Part shown: one piece after another, positions 54,134 to 63,193 of the stretch | How positions within the stretch are numbered: position 1 is the stretch's first letter | Layout of the letters: each line of letters opens with the position of its first letter | Source: an uncultured Verrucomicrobiota bacterium | GTDB taxonomy: Bacteria; Verrucomicrobiota; Kiritimatiellia; JAAZAB01 | Direction: 5' to 3' | NCBI GenBank assembly: GCA_964475405.1 | Contig: CAYYWX010000003.1 | Location: 4,362-68,361, forward strand | DNA length: 64,000 nt | Program-made: the position numbers and the translations under genes | The notes under the pieces: generated by a model | The model's database searches: none | What the model was told of the DNA's origin: nothing | Seen by the model: the letters and a program-made list of their open reading frames with translations, nothing else

Positions 54134-54937
54134 ATGAATCGCCGTGCGCTCCATAAGTTTCCCGAAATAATCGCCCATCGCGGCGCCTCGTCAACCGCGC
54201 CGGAAAACACCCTTGCGGCCTTCGACCTGGCCTGGCGCCAGGAGGCCGATGCGATTGAATGCGATATTCATTTAAGCCGGGATGGCCATTGCGTCGTCAG
54301 TCATGATGATTCCCTGGCCCGCACATCCGGTTCTGACTTGAAAATTTCGCAAAGCACCCTTGCCGACTTGAAAAAACTTGACGTCGGGCGCTGGAAAGGC
54401 GGTTCGTGGGCGGGTCAGGCCGTCCCGTCCCTTGAAGAAGTGCTTGCAAAAGTTCCCCCCGGCAAGCGGATCCTGATCGAGGTAAAAAGCGGACCAAAAA
54501 CCGTGCCGGCGTTGAAAAACGACATGTCAAACAGTCATCTCGCCCTGCAGCAGGCGGCGGTCATTTCTTTTGACGCCGATGTCATTTCCGCCGTAAAGCT
54601 TGCAATGCCGCGGGTGGAGGCGTATTTGCTTTCATGCCTGGAAAGAGGTTCAACCGCGGGCAAGTGGACGCCGGGGAATGATGACCTTCTGGCCATGGCG
54701 CGCGCCTGCAACGCCGACGGGCTTGATCTCTCGGCCGGCGCCGGGGTGAATGAAGAACTGGCCGGCATGATGCGCGCCGCGGGGCTGAAAATTTTTGTCT
54801 GGACGGTTGACGCGCCGGAAGAAATGCGGCGATTCATTGACCTCGGGGTGGACGGCATTACGACCGATTGCCCGGATTTGGCTCGCCGGCAGATTTTAGA
54901 TCGTGATCGCCCGGTCAAACGGAGAGATACGGTATAA
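54134..54937 (+). CDS. ugpQ: glycerophosphodiester phosphodiesterase (GDPD family)
   Basis: IIAHRGASSTAPENTLAAFDLAWRQEADAIECDIHLSRDGHCVVSHD and the C-terminal VDGITTD. Confidence 0.8.
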   Translation: MNRRALHKFPEIIAHRGASSTAPENTLAAFDLAWRQEADAIECDIHLSRDGHCVVSHDDSLARTSGSDLKISQSTLADLKKLDVGRWKGGSWAGQAVPSLEEVLAKVPPGKRILIEVKSGPKTVPALKNDMSNSHLALQQAAVISFDADVISAVKLAMPRVEAYLLSCLERGSTAGKWTPGNDDLLAMARACNADGLDLSAGAGVNEELAGMMRAAGLKIFVWTVDAPEEMRRFIDLGVDGITTDCPDLARRQILDRDRPVKRRDTV

Positions 54938-54961
54938 TGGCCGGAAGATTGATTTCCGGCT

Positions 54962-56173
54962 TCAAGTGATGATGATGGCCGTCAGGTTATCGGAGCCGAA
55001 ATGCTGGTTAAGCGTTCCGGTTTCCTCGTCCACCAGCTTGCGCAGATAGATTTCCAGCTCCCGCTCGTATTCCGTTTCGCGTTCATAGTCCCGGAGCCAG
55101 AGGCGGGCCGAGGCGAAGCTCATCTCGCCCGAATCGGCTTCCTTGGCAGTCGGGAAACGGTCGGCCAGATCCGGCTCAAGCATGCGTTTTAAAACGATCG
55201 TAAGCTCGTCGTTTTTTAAAACATCAGGCGGGAGCCAGTCCTCAATCCGGGCGGCAAGGTTTGTCTTGAAATCAATCAGCTCTTCTTCATTGTAATCCAT
55301 CATGGATGTGATCTGTTTGCCGACCAGCATTTCAAGCGCAACCAGGCCGGCGCTGAACAGGTCGGCCTGCAGGCATCCCGGTTCGCGCCGGTGGACCTCG
55401 GGCGCCATGAAGAGCGGGCTGCCCAGGAGGATGTTGACTTTCTCGCCGATCCTGACCGCCCGCCCGAAATCGACCAGCTTGACCCGGCCCTGGACGTCGA
55501 TCATGATGTTGGTCGGCTTGATATCGCCGTGGATAAAGCCGTGATCATGCAGGACGGTCAATCCGCGCAGGATGTTGCGGATCAAATACAGGGCGAATCC
55601 GGGATGAAGGCTGACGCGGTTGTTCTCGATCCTGAATAAAACCTGCATGAAATGGTTCCATTCCTCGTCGGTGCTCCGGGAACGGGCGAGCTGGGTGTGC
55701 TTGCCGTCTATCAGGAACTGGATGTCAATGCCGTTGATGGCCTCCATGTGCACGTAGCCGACGCCGTTGCACTCCTCATAAAAATCGCAGGAAACAAGGT
55801 TAAGGTTGTTGACCGGCTGCAGGGTTGAAATCTGCTGGGCGATGCGGCCCATGTCGGTCCAATAGACCGGGGAGCTTGAATAGATGCCGGGATCAAAAAG
55901 CTTGATGGCGTGATGGGTCAGGCAGCCCCGCGCGCCCTGGCGCTCGGCCAGGAACACGACCCCCTGCCGGCCATGCCCCATCTCTTTTATGAAACGATAA
56001 GCCACCGGGTAGGGCAGCGACCGCTTGCGGATCAACTGGCGGTAATTGCCGATCAGTTCCTCAAATTCAGCATCGGTCGCGTTTTTACCCGCTTCCGCGC
56101 GGGGAAGGCCCGGCGCGGGCCGGGCGCTTGGCGGCCGTTCCAGCAATACCGTGCTCTCGAGATGAGTGTCCAT
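54962..56173 (-). CDS. cytoplasmic Ser/Thr protein kinase (Hanks type)
   Basis: Motifs HAIKLF (VAIK-like), HGDIKPTNIMI, DFGRAV and LFMAPEV. No TM segment. Confidence 0.8.
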   Translation of the reverse strand: MDTHLESTVLLERPPSARPAPGLPRAEAGKNATDAEFEELIGNYRQLIRKRSLPYPVAYRFIKEMGHGRQGVVFLAERQGARGCLTHHAIKLFDPGIYSSSPVYWTDMGRIAQQISTLQPVNNLNLVSCDFYEECNGVGYVHMEAINGIDIQFLIDGKHTQLARSRSTDEEWNHFMQVLFRIENNRVSLHPGFALYLIRNILRGLTVLHDHGFIHGDIKPTNIMIDVQGRVKLVDFGRAVRIGEKVNILLGSPLFMAPEVHRREPGCLQADLFSAGLVALEMLVGKQITSMMDYNEEELIDFKTNLAARIEDWLPPDVLKNDELTIVLKRMLEPDLADRFPTAKEADSGEMSFASARLWLRDYERETEYERELEIYLRKLVDEETGTLNQHFGSDNLTAIIIT

Positions 56174-56216
56174 AAGCTTCTTTTGACAAAATTTAAATTC
56201 GTGTTACATTAACACC

Positions 56217-59200
56217 ATGCGCTGGATTATCAACAAAATTTTCGGCAATAAGCACGAGCGTGATTTAAAAAAGCTTTATCCGCTTGTCGAGCGGATAAAC
56301 GCCATTGAGCGCGAATATCAACTGTTGTCCGATGACCAGTTGCGCGCCAAGACCGCCGAGTTCAAGGCGCGCCTTGCCGCGGGCGCTTCGCTTGACAGCA
56401 TCATGTGCGAGGCGTTTGCCACCGTCAAGAACGCCTGCCGCCGCCTGGTCGGCACGAAGATCACCGTTTGCGAGCACGAGTTGACCTGGGACATGGTGCC
56501 TTTTGACGTCCAGCTTTTCGGCGGCATTGTTCTTTGCCAGAACAAGATAGCCGAAATGGCGACCGGCGAGGGAAAAACGCTCGTGGCCACCATGCCGCTT
56601 TACCTGAACGCGCTCTCGGGCAATAATGTCCACCTGGTCACGGTCAATGATTACCTGGCCAAGCGCGATTCGCAGTGGATGGGGACGGTCTACCAGTACC
56701 TGGGGCTGACCGTCGGCTGCATCCAGAACCAGATGAACAGCGAGGAACGGCGCAGTCAATATGCCTGCGACATAACCTACGGCACCAACAGCGAATTCGG
56801 CTTCGATTACCTCCGCGATAACGGCATGGCCTACAACTCCGCCGATATCGTGCAGCGCGGCCATTTTTTCGCGATCGTGGACGAAATCGACAGCATCCTC
56901 ATTGACGAGGCGCGCACGCCCCTGATCATCTCCGGCCCCGCGCCGGTCTCCAGCCACCAGTATCATGAGCTTAACCCGCTCGTGGAGCGGCTCGTGCGCA
57001 AGCAGCGCGATCTCTGCAATGTCCTGATCCAGGAAGCTCGCGCGGCCCTTGATTCAAAACAAACCGAGAAGGCCCAGATGCGTCTTTACCAGGTCCGGCA
57101 CGGCATGCCGAAGAACAAGCAACTGCAGCACATCCTGGAAGACGGCCAGGTGCGCAAGCTGCTCGAACAGATTGAAAGCGCTTTTTTAACGGACATGCGC
57201 AAGGAGCAGGCCCGCGCCCTGCGCGAGGATCTTTATTTCACCATTGACGAGCGCGGGCATGACGCCACCCTGACCGAAAAGGGCTGCGCCACCCTGAACC
57301 CCGCCGACCCGGACGCCTATCTCCTGCCGGACATCATCGCCCAGTTGAGCGAGATTGACGCGGATAAATCGCTCAACAGCCAGCAGGTGATGGAAAAACG
57401 CCAGAACGTCCAGAACGCGTTTGCCGTCAAGAGCGAGCGGATCCACAACGTTGACCAGCTGATCCGCGCCTATTGCCTCTACGAAAAGGACGTTGAATAC
57501 GTGGTGCAGAATAACCAGGTATTGATCGTGGACGAGTTCACCGGCCGCATCCTGCCGGGGAGGCGCTGGAGCGACGGGCTCCACCAGGCGGTTGAGGCCA
57601 AGGAAGGCGTGGCCATTGAGCGCGAGACGCAGACCCTCGCCACGATCACCATCCAGAATTATTTCCGCATGTACAAAAAACTGGCCGGCATGACCGGAAC
57701 GGCGGTGACCGAGGCCAATGAGTTCCGCGACATCTACCACCTGGACGTGACCGTCATCCCCACCAACCGGCCCGTGCGGCGGGTGGACGCGAACGACCTT
57801 GTCTACCGCACGCGCCGCGAGAAATTCAAGGCGATCATTGACGAGGTCGCCGACTGCCACCGGCTCGGCCAGCCGGTCCTGCTCGGAACCATATCGGTCG
57901 AGACTTCAGAGCTCTTGAGCCGCATGCTCAAGCACGAGGGGATCGTGCACAACGTCCTCAACGCCAAGAACCATGAGCGCGAGGCCGAAATCGTGACGCG
58001 CGCCGGCCAATCCGGGGGAGTGACCATCGCCACCAACATGGCCGGACGGGGCACGGACATCAAGCTCGGCGCGGGCGTTGTCTATCTGCCGAAGGACATC
58101 ATTGAGTCCAAGGTCGCGCTCGAGAGCAAATACGAGGGCCAGAAACTCGTTGAGGTATTGCGTAAAAAGCCCTGCGGGCTGCACGTCATCGGTTCCGAGC
58201 GCCACGAGGCGCGGCGCATTGACCGCCAGCTGCGCGGGCGCTGCGCGCGCCAGGGCGACCCGGGATCGTCGCGGTTTTACGTTTCGCTGGAAGACGACCT
58301 GATGCGCCTTTTCGGCTCGGAGCGGATCGCCAACATCATGAGCCGGATGGGCATCGAGGAGGGGCAGCAGCTTGAGCATCCCTGGCTCAACCGTTCGATT
58401 GAAACCGCGCAGCGCCGGGTAGAGCAGCATAATTATTCCATCCGCCGCCGGACGCTCGAATATGACGACGTCATGAACAAGCAGCGCGAGATAATTTACG
58501 CCTTCCGCGGCGCGGTGGTGAAGGCCGAAAATGTCCGCGAGCACATCTTTGACATCGTGGCCGATGTTGTCGAGGTGCATGCCGACGAGGCGTTTGACGA
58601 ATTTGAGGAGGACATGCTGAACGATTTCGTCAGCTGGGCCAACACCACCTTCCCGGTCGGCATCCGGAAAGAGGAGCTTAACCCGAAGAATATTTCCGCC
58701 CAAAAAGCTTTTGATTTGCTTTATGACCGGGTCAAGCGCGCTTATGACCTCAAGGTTGAAATCGAGGATCCGAAAAGCCTGCCGGAGCTGGAACGCTATA
58801 TCGTCTTGCATTCAATCGACACCCATTGGCAGGATTACCTGCGCGCCATTGACGGTCTGCGCCAGTCGGTCGGCCTGCGCGCCTACGGCCAGCAGGATCC
58901 CCTCGTGGAATTCAAGCGGGAAGCGTTCAGCATGTTTTCAACCTTGATGGATGAAATCAAGAACGATGTCGTCATGCGCATGTTCCGCGCCACGACTTCC
59001 CTGCCGGCCTACCAGAAGTTGGTGGTCTCAATCCCGCACAAGCTTGTCCACCAGGAAGTTTCGGCGCTCGGCGACGGGGCCGCGGCGTTGAATTCTCTGA
59101 CGGGGCGGGGCGGTTCGCAGCGCGAGCGCGCCGAAAGCGCGCCGGTGTCCGTGAAGCGCGAGGCCGCTAAGGTGGGCCGGAATGATCCCTGCCCGTGCGG

Positions 59201-59240
59201 CAGCGGAAAAAAATTCAAGAAGTGCTGCGGGGCGGCGTGA
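56217..59240 (+). CDS. secA: preprotein translocase ATPase SecA
   Basis: 1007 aa with MATGEGKTLVATMP (Walker A), DEIDSILIDEARTPLIISG and TNMAGRGTDIKLG. The C-terminal zinc motif is CPCGSGKKFKKCCG. Confidence 0.95.
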   Translation: MRWIINKIFGNKHERDLKKLYPLVERINAIEREYQLLSDDQLRAKTAEFKARLAAGASLDSIMCEAFATVKNACRRLVGTKITVCEHELTWDMVPFDVQLFGGIVLCQNKIAEMATGEGKTLVATMPLYLNALSGNNVHLVTVNDYLAKRDSQWMGTVYQYLGLTVGCIQNQMNSEERRSQYACDITYGTNSEFGFDYLRDNGMAYNSADIVQRGHFFAIVDEIDSILIDEARTPLIISGPAPVSSHQYHELNPLVERLVRKQRDLCNVLIQEARAALDSKQTEKAQMRLYQVRHGMPKNKQLQHILEDGQVRKLLEQIESAFLTDMRKEQARALREDLYFTIDERGHDATLTEKGCATLNPADPDAYLLPDIIAQLSEIDADKSLNSQQVMEKRQNVQNAFAVKSERIHNVDQLIRAYCLYEKDVEYVVQNNQVLIVDEFTGRILPGRRWSDGLHQAVEAKEGVAIERETQTLATITIQNYFRMYKKLAGMTGTAVTEANEFRDIYHLDVTVIPTNRPVRRVDANDLVYRTRREKFKAIIDEVADCHRLGQPVLLGTISVETSELLSRMLKHEGIVHNVLNAKNHEREAEIVTRAGQSGGVTIATNMAGRGTDIKLGAGVVYLPKDIIESKVALESKYEGQKLVEVLRKKPCGLHVIGSERHEARRIDRQLRGRCARQGDPGSSRFYVSLEDDLMRLFGSERIANIMSRMGIEEGQQLEHPWLNRSIETAQRRVEQHNYSIRRRTLEYDDVMNKQREIIYAFRGAVVKAENVREHIFDIVADVVEVHADEAFDEFEEDMLNDFVSWANTTFPVGIRKEELNPKNISAQKAFDLLYDRVKRAYDLKVEIEDPKSLPELERYIVLHSIDTHWQDYLRAIDGLRQSVGLRAYGQQDPLVEFKREAFSMFSTLMDEIKNDVVMRMFRATTSLPAYQKLVVSIPHKLVHQEVSALGDGAAALNSLTGRGGSQRERAESAPVSVKREAAKVGRNDPCPCGSGKKFKKCCGAA

Positions 59241-59250
59241 GGGCGTGAGG

Positions 59251-59340
59251 ACGTATCGGCGTACCGGAGTATCGGCGTGTCGGCGTACCGGAGTATGGGG
59301 GTAGGCGTCAATGCTCCGTGACGTCCAAACGCCGATACGT
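59251..59340. repeat. short tandem word repeats (GTATCGGCGTACCGGAGTAT x2 and variants) closed by a 10-bp inverted repeat ACGTATCGGC / GCCGATACGT
   Basis: Seen directly in the secA-lnt spacer. Not CRISPR-like, because the units are contiguous with no spacers. Confidence 0.6.
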
Positions 59341-59346
59341 TCAAAA

Positions 59347-60939
59347 ATGACTATCAAATATAGAAATCTGGCGCTCTCGTCCCTGGCCGGAATCCTGCTT
59401 TTCTGCTCCTTCCCTCCGCTGGAATATTCGATTCTTGCATGGGTTGCCCTTGTCCCCGTCATTTGCCTGGGCTTTTCCGGCAGGCCCCGCGAGTCGTTTC
59501 TTCACGGGTTGCTGGCCGGCGTTGTCTTCTGGCTGGGAAGTATTTGCTGGCTCACCCGTGTTTCGTTCATCGGCTGGCTGTTTATCAGTCTTTATTGCGC
59601 CCTTTACGTCGCCTGTTTCGCGCTGGTTGTTTCCTGGTGGGTTGCCCGCCGACGTTTTCAATCGGCCGGCAAAAGCAGGGGGGCGTTCGCCGATCTGCCG
59701 GTGCTCTTCGGCGTGCCTGCCATCTGGGTCGGATTGGAATATGCCCGCTCGATTTTCCTCACCGGCTTTCCCTGGAACTTGCTCGGCGTCAGCCAGTATT
59801 CCTGTGTCAACTTGATTCAATGCGCCGACTTGGGCGGGGTTTATCTTGTTTCTTACCTGGTCGTCATGGGCAATACGGTCGTCGCGCTTGTGATAATGAA
59901 TCGGCGCTCAGGGATGCTTAAACCGGCAACCGGGATTGCGTTGTTCCTCTTGTTGGTTTTCCTGGCCCTGGAATACGGCCGGTGGCAATTGGCCCGGCCG
60001 TCGGAAAAACTGGATATGATCCGGGTCGCGGCGGTGCAGCTCAATGTCCCGCAGCAGTTGAAATGGTCGGACGAATGGGCGGATGATATCTATCGCCGGT
60101 TGAAAACATCAACCGCGCAAGCCGCCCGGCTGGCGCCGCTGGATTTGATCGTCTGGCCGGAAACCGCCCTGCCTGATTTTGTGCGCTCCAGCGCGCCAAT
60201 CCGCGATCTGGTCAATGAGAGCCGGCGCCATGGCATTCCGCTCCTGGTAGGATCAATGGATTCGGAAGAATTTCATAAAACGACAAATTATTTCAACAGC
60301 GCATTTCTGTTTCTGCCGGGACAGGAAACCCAGCAGGTTTATGCCAAGCGCCATCTGGTGCTTTTCGGGGAATATGTTCCCCTGGGAAATTATTTGCCTT
60401 TTTTGCGCACAATTACCGGGGTTGAGGAGGATTTTACGCCCGGAACGGAGAACGTGATCTTCAGGCTCAGCGATCGCGGGCAAAATTTTTCAGTCCTGAT
60501 TTGTTTTGAGGACATTTTGCCATACCTGGCGCGGGAATGCGTCCGGGCCGGAGCGCGACTGCTGATCAACCAGACAAACGACGCCTGGTTTGACCCGTCC
60601 TGGGCTTCCCGGCAGCACATGTCCCACGCCGTTTTCCGTTGCGTTGAAAATCGTGTCGCCTGCCTGCGGGTCACCAATACCGGCTTGACCTGCCACATTG
60701 ACCGCGCGGGCGTTGTCCGCGATAGCCTGCCGCCGGCGGGACGCTCCGGCACGATTCAGGGCGAGCCGCAGATTTTGCGGAGCGAGGTAAAATTTTCGCC
60801 GGAGCGCATGCGCCTTTCTTTCTACACGTTGCATGGCGACCTTTTTGCCATGGCTTGCGCCGCGTTTTCCATCCCGTTTTTATTCGGCCTTCTGCCGGGT
60901 TTGCGCCGGGGAGCGCCGGGGATTTCAACGGCAAAATAA
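59347..60939 (+). CDS. lnt: apolipoprotein N-acyltransferase
   Basis: N-terminal polytopic membrane region followed by a CN-hydrolase domain (VWPETALP, KRHLVLFGEYVP, VLICFEDI). The ATG at 59347 is preferred over the listed 59311. Confidence 0.85.
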   Translation: MTIKYRNLALSSLAGILLFCSFPPLEYSILAWVALVPVICLGFSGRPRESFLHGLLAGVVFWLGSICWLTRVSFIGWLFISLYCALYVACFALVVSWWVARRRFQSAGKSRGAFADLPVLFGVPAIWVGLEYARSIFLTGFPWNLLGVSQYSCVNLIQCADLGGVYLVSYLVVMGNTVVALVIMNRRSGMLKPATGIALFLLLVFLALEYGRWQLARPSEKLDMIRVAAVQLNVPQQLKWSDEWADDIYRRLKTSTAQAARLAPLDLIVWPETALPDFVRSSAPIRDLVNESRRHGIPLLVGSMDSEEFHKTTNYFNSAFLFLPGQETQQVYAKRHLVLFGEYVPLGNYLPFLRTITGVEEDFTPGTENVIFRLSDRGQNFSVLICFEDILPYLARECVRAGARLLINQTNDAWFDPSWASRQHMSHAVFRCVENRVACLRVTNTGLTCHIDRAGVVRDSLPPAGRSGTIQGEPQILRSEVKFSPERMRLSFYTLHGDLFAMACAAFSIPFLFGLLPGLRRGAPGISTAK

Positions 60940-60944
60940 ACATC

Positions 60945-62705
60945 ATGACAAAGAACGTCAACCGGGTCATTGTTCACTGGGCGGAGAAAGGCAGATGGCT
61001 GTGCCTTGAAAATCCGGTGGAAGTGTTTCAGGCCGCCGGTCCGCGGGAGGTCTTTCCCATCCTGGCCCGCATTGAGCGGGAGGTGGAAACGAAAAAAATG
61101 TATGCCGCGGGCTTTCTTGCCTATGAAGCCGGCGCGGCGTTTGATCCGGCATTTTCCTTCCGGCCATGCGGAGATTTTCCCTTGCTCTGGTTCGGGCTGT
61201 TCAAGAAGGCTGAACAGTTTGCGTTTCCGCCCGGCAAAAACACTTCATCCTGGTCGCCGGCCTGGCAAAGCTCGGTGACCGGGGCTGAGTATAAAAAGGC
61301 GATCAGGTCCATCAAGGCTTACATTGTCCGGGGGGCGACTTACCAGGTGAATTATTCCTACCGCCTGCGCGCTCCTTTCCCGGGCGAAGCCCTGCCTTAT
61401 TTTCTCCAGGTTGCCGGGGCAAGCCATGTTCCTTACGCGGCCTTTGTCGAGACCGACCGTTACGCGATCAGTTCATTCTCGCCGGAATTATTTTTCAGCC
61501 TGGACGGCGAGGCCATCGAGTCCCGGCCGATGAAGGGCACCATGCCGAGGGGGTTGCGCAACGAGGACGACCTGGCAAACTCGCGCCGGTTGCATTCCTC
61601 CGGGAAAAATCGCGCCGAGAACATAATGATCGTGGACATGATGCGCAATGATTTCGGCCGCATTGCCGCGCCCGGCACGGTGAAGGTTTCCTCCCGTTAT
61701 GACGTCGAAAAGTTCGACACCGTCTGGCAAATGACCTCGACCGTCCGGGCCAGGACCGCGGTCCCGCTCGCGGAAATATTCAGGGCCATTTTCCCGGCGG
61801 CCTCGATCACCGGCGCGCCGAAGGTGCGCACGACGCGGATTATTTCCGGGCTGGAGACCAGCCCGCGCCGGATTTACACCGGCAGCATCGGGTTCCTGGC
61901 CCCGGGCAGAAAAGCGCAGTTTAACGTGGCGATCCGGACAATTCTCGTTGACAAGGCGCGCCACGAGGCCGAATACGGGGTGGGGGGCGGGATCGTCTGG
62001 GATTCGGCGGAGAAAGCGGAACGCGAGGAATGCGAGCTGAAGGCGAAGGTTGTGAGCGCGCCGGCGTTTGATTTTGAATTGCTGGAAACTTTCGGCTGGA
62101 CGCCGGGCTCGGATTATTTCCTGCTGGATTTGCATCTTGACCGGATGAAGGCCTCCGCCGCCTATTTTTCTTTCCCGTTCCGGGAGGCATTGTTGCGAAA
62201 AAAACTCTCGTCCCTGGCCGGCAAACTTCCGCCGCGGCCGCATCGGGTCAGACTGCGACTTGACCGGGCAGGGAAAATATTCTGCGAGGCGGCGCCTTAT
62301 GATCCGGGGCGCGGCAATAAGGAACTCCTGGTTTACCCGGCCAAGCAACCGGTTGCATCCGGCGATGTTTTCTTATACCATAAGACCACGAACCGGTCGG
62401 TCTATGACCGGGCAAGGGCGGCGCGGAGCGGCTATGATGAGGTAATCCTCTGGAATGAGAAGGGGGAAGTGACGGAATTCTGCGCCGCCAATATCGTTGT
62501 TGAGCTGGATGGCGCGCTGCTGACGCCGCCGGTTGGCTGCGGTTTGCTGCCGGGCACTTTCCGCGCGTGGCTGCTTAAAAAGGGAAAAGTCCGGGAAGGG
62601 GTGCTCAAGCTGGACCAGCTGCGCCGGTGCCGACGGATATATTTATGCAACTCGGTCAGGAAAATGCGGGAAGTAAAGCTTGATTTGAATACGGGTTCTT
62701 CCTGA
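60945..62705 (+). CDS. pabB: aminodeoxychorismate synthase component I fused to an aminodeoxychorismate lyase-like (class IV aminotransferase fold) domain
   Basis: Chorismate-binding motifs SPELFF, RAENIMIVDMMRND, ITGAPK, YTGSIGF and GGGIVWDS. They are followed by ~200 aa resembling PabC/IlvE-fold proteins (FELLETF...LHLDRM...EVILWNEKGEVTEFCAANIV). The ATG at 60945 lies just after the lnt stop. Confidence 0.8.
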   Translation: MTKNVNRVIVHWAEKGRWLCLENPVEVFQAAGPREVFPILARIEREVETKKMYAAGFLAYEAGAAFDPAFSFRPCGDFPLLWFGLFKKAEQFAFPPGKNTSSWSPAWQSSVTGAEYKKAIRSIKAYIVRGATYQVNYSYRLRAPFPGEALPYFLQVAGASHVPYAAFVETDRYAISSFSPELFFSLDGEAIESRPMKGTMPRGLRNEDDLANSRRLHSSGKNRAENIMIVDMMRNDFGRIAAPGTVKVSSRYDVEKFDTVWQMTSTVRARTAVPLAEIFRAIFPAASITGAPKVRTTRIISGLETSPRRIYTGSIGFLAPGRKAQFNVAIRTILVDKARHEAEYGVGGGIVWDSAEKAEREECELKAKVVSAPAFDFELLETFGWTPGSDYFLLDLHLDRMKASAAYFSFPFREALLRKKLSSLAGKLPPRPHRVRLRLDRAGKIFCEAAPYDPGRGNKELLVYPAKQPVASGDVFLYHKTTNRSVYDRARAARSGYDEVILWNEKGEVTEFCAANIVVELDGALLTPPVGCGLLPGTFRAWLLKKGKVREGVLKLDQLRRCRRIYLCNSVRKMREVKLDLNTGSS

Positions 62706-62768
62706 CAGAGGTTGTTTTGGTCGACTTATAGTGCAATGTAATTATTGGCGCCCTTATGTGGCATGGTT

Positions 62769-62834
62769 GTCATTCCCGCGAAGGCGGGAATCCAGTAATG
62801 TATTGTTCTGGATTCCCATTTTCATGGGAATGAC
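62769..62834. repeat. head-to-head pair of 27-bp palindromic repeats (GTCATTCCC-N8-GGGAATCCAG), forming a composite 66-bp inverted repeat
   Basis: 62769-62795 is GTCATTCCCGCGAAGGCGGGAATCCAG. 62808-62834 is CTGGATTCCCATTTTCATGGGAATGAC. The second is the reverse complement of 18358-18384. Confidence 0.85.
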
Positions 62835-62914
62835 AGAATGGAGCGGATTCTTGATTAGATCTGTAATGATAAGCGCTAACCGGGAAAGACCTTAATTAAG
62901 AACGTTTATTTGCC

Positions 62915-63190
62915 ATGCCGGTCAGAATACATCTGAAAATTTTCGGACGCGTGCAGGGGGTTTGCTTCCGGCATTACTGCCGGGAACACGCCGAGCGCTC
63001 CGGCGTGAAGGGGTTTGTCCGCAACAATGATGACGGCAGCGTGGAAGTTGTCGCCGAAGGAGAGAAACAGGTCGTCAACGACTTTATCGCCTGGTGCCGG
63101 CGCGGCCCGCCCCTGGCGGCGGTGCGGACCTGCGAGGAAAAAGACGAGCCGCCAACCGGCGAGTTTGATTCGTTTACGATTGGATATTAA
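62915..63190 (+). CDS. acyP: acylphosphatase
   Basis: 91 aa with IFGRVQGVCFRHY and GFVRNNDDGSVEVVAEG. Confidence 0.85.
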   Translation: MPVRIHLKIFGRVQGVCFRHYCREHAERSGVKGFVRNNDDGSVEVVAEGEKQVVNDFIAWCRRGPPLAAVRTCEEKDEPPTGEFDSFTIGY

Positions 63191-63193
63191 ATT

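Noticed and set aside
59251-59300. Possible CRISPR array (also considered for the 578-730 repeats and the 50230-50892 repeats)
   Set aside because: The repeats are contiguous or coding, the units are too short or too long, there are no unique spacers of regular length, and no cas genes are in the window.
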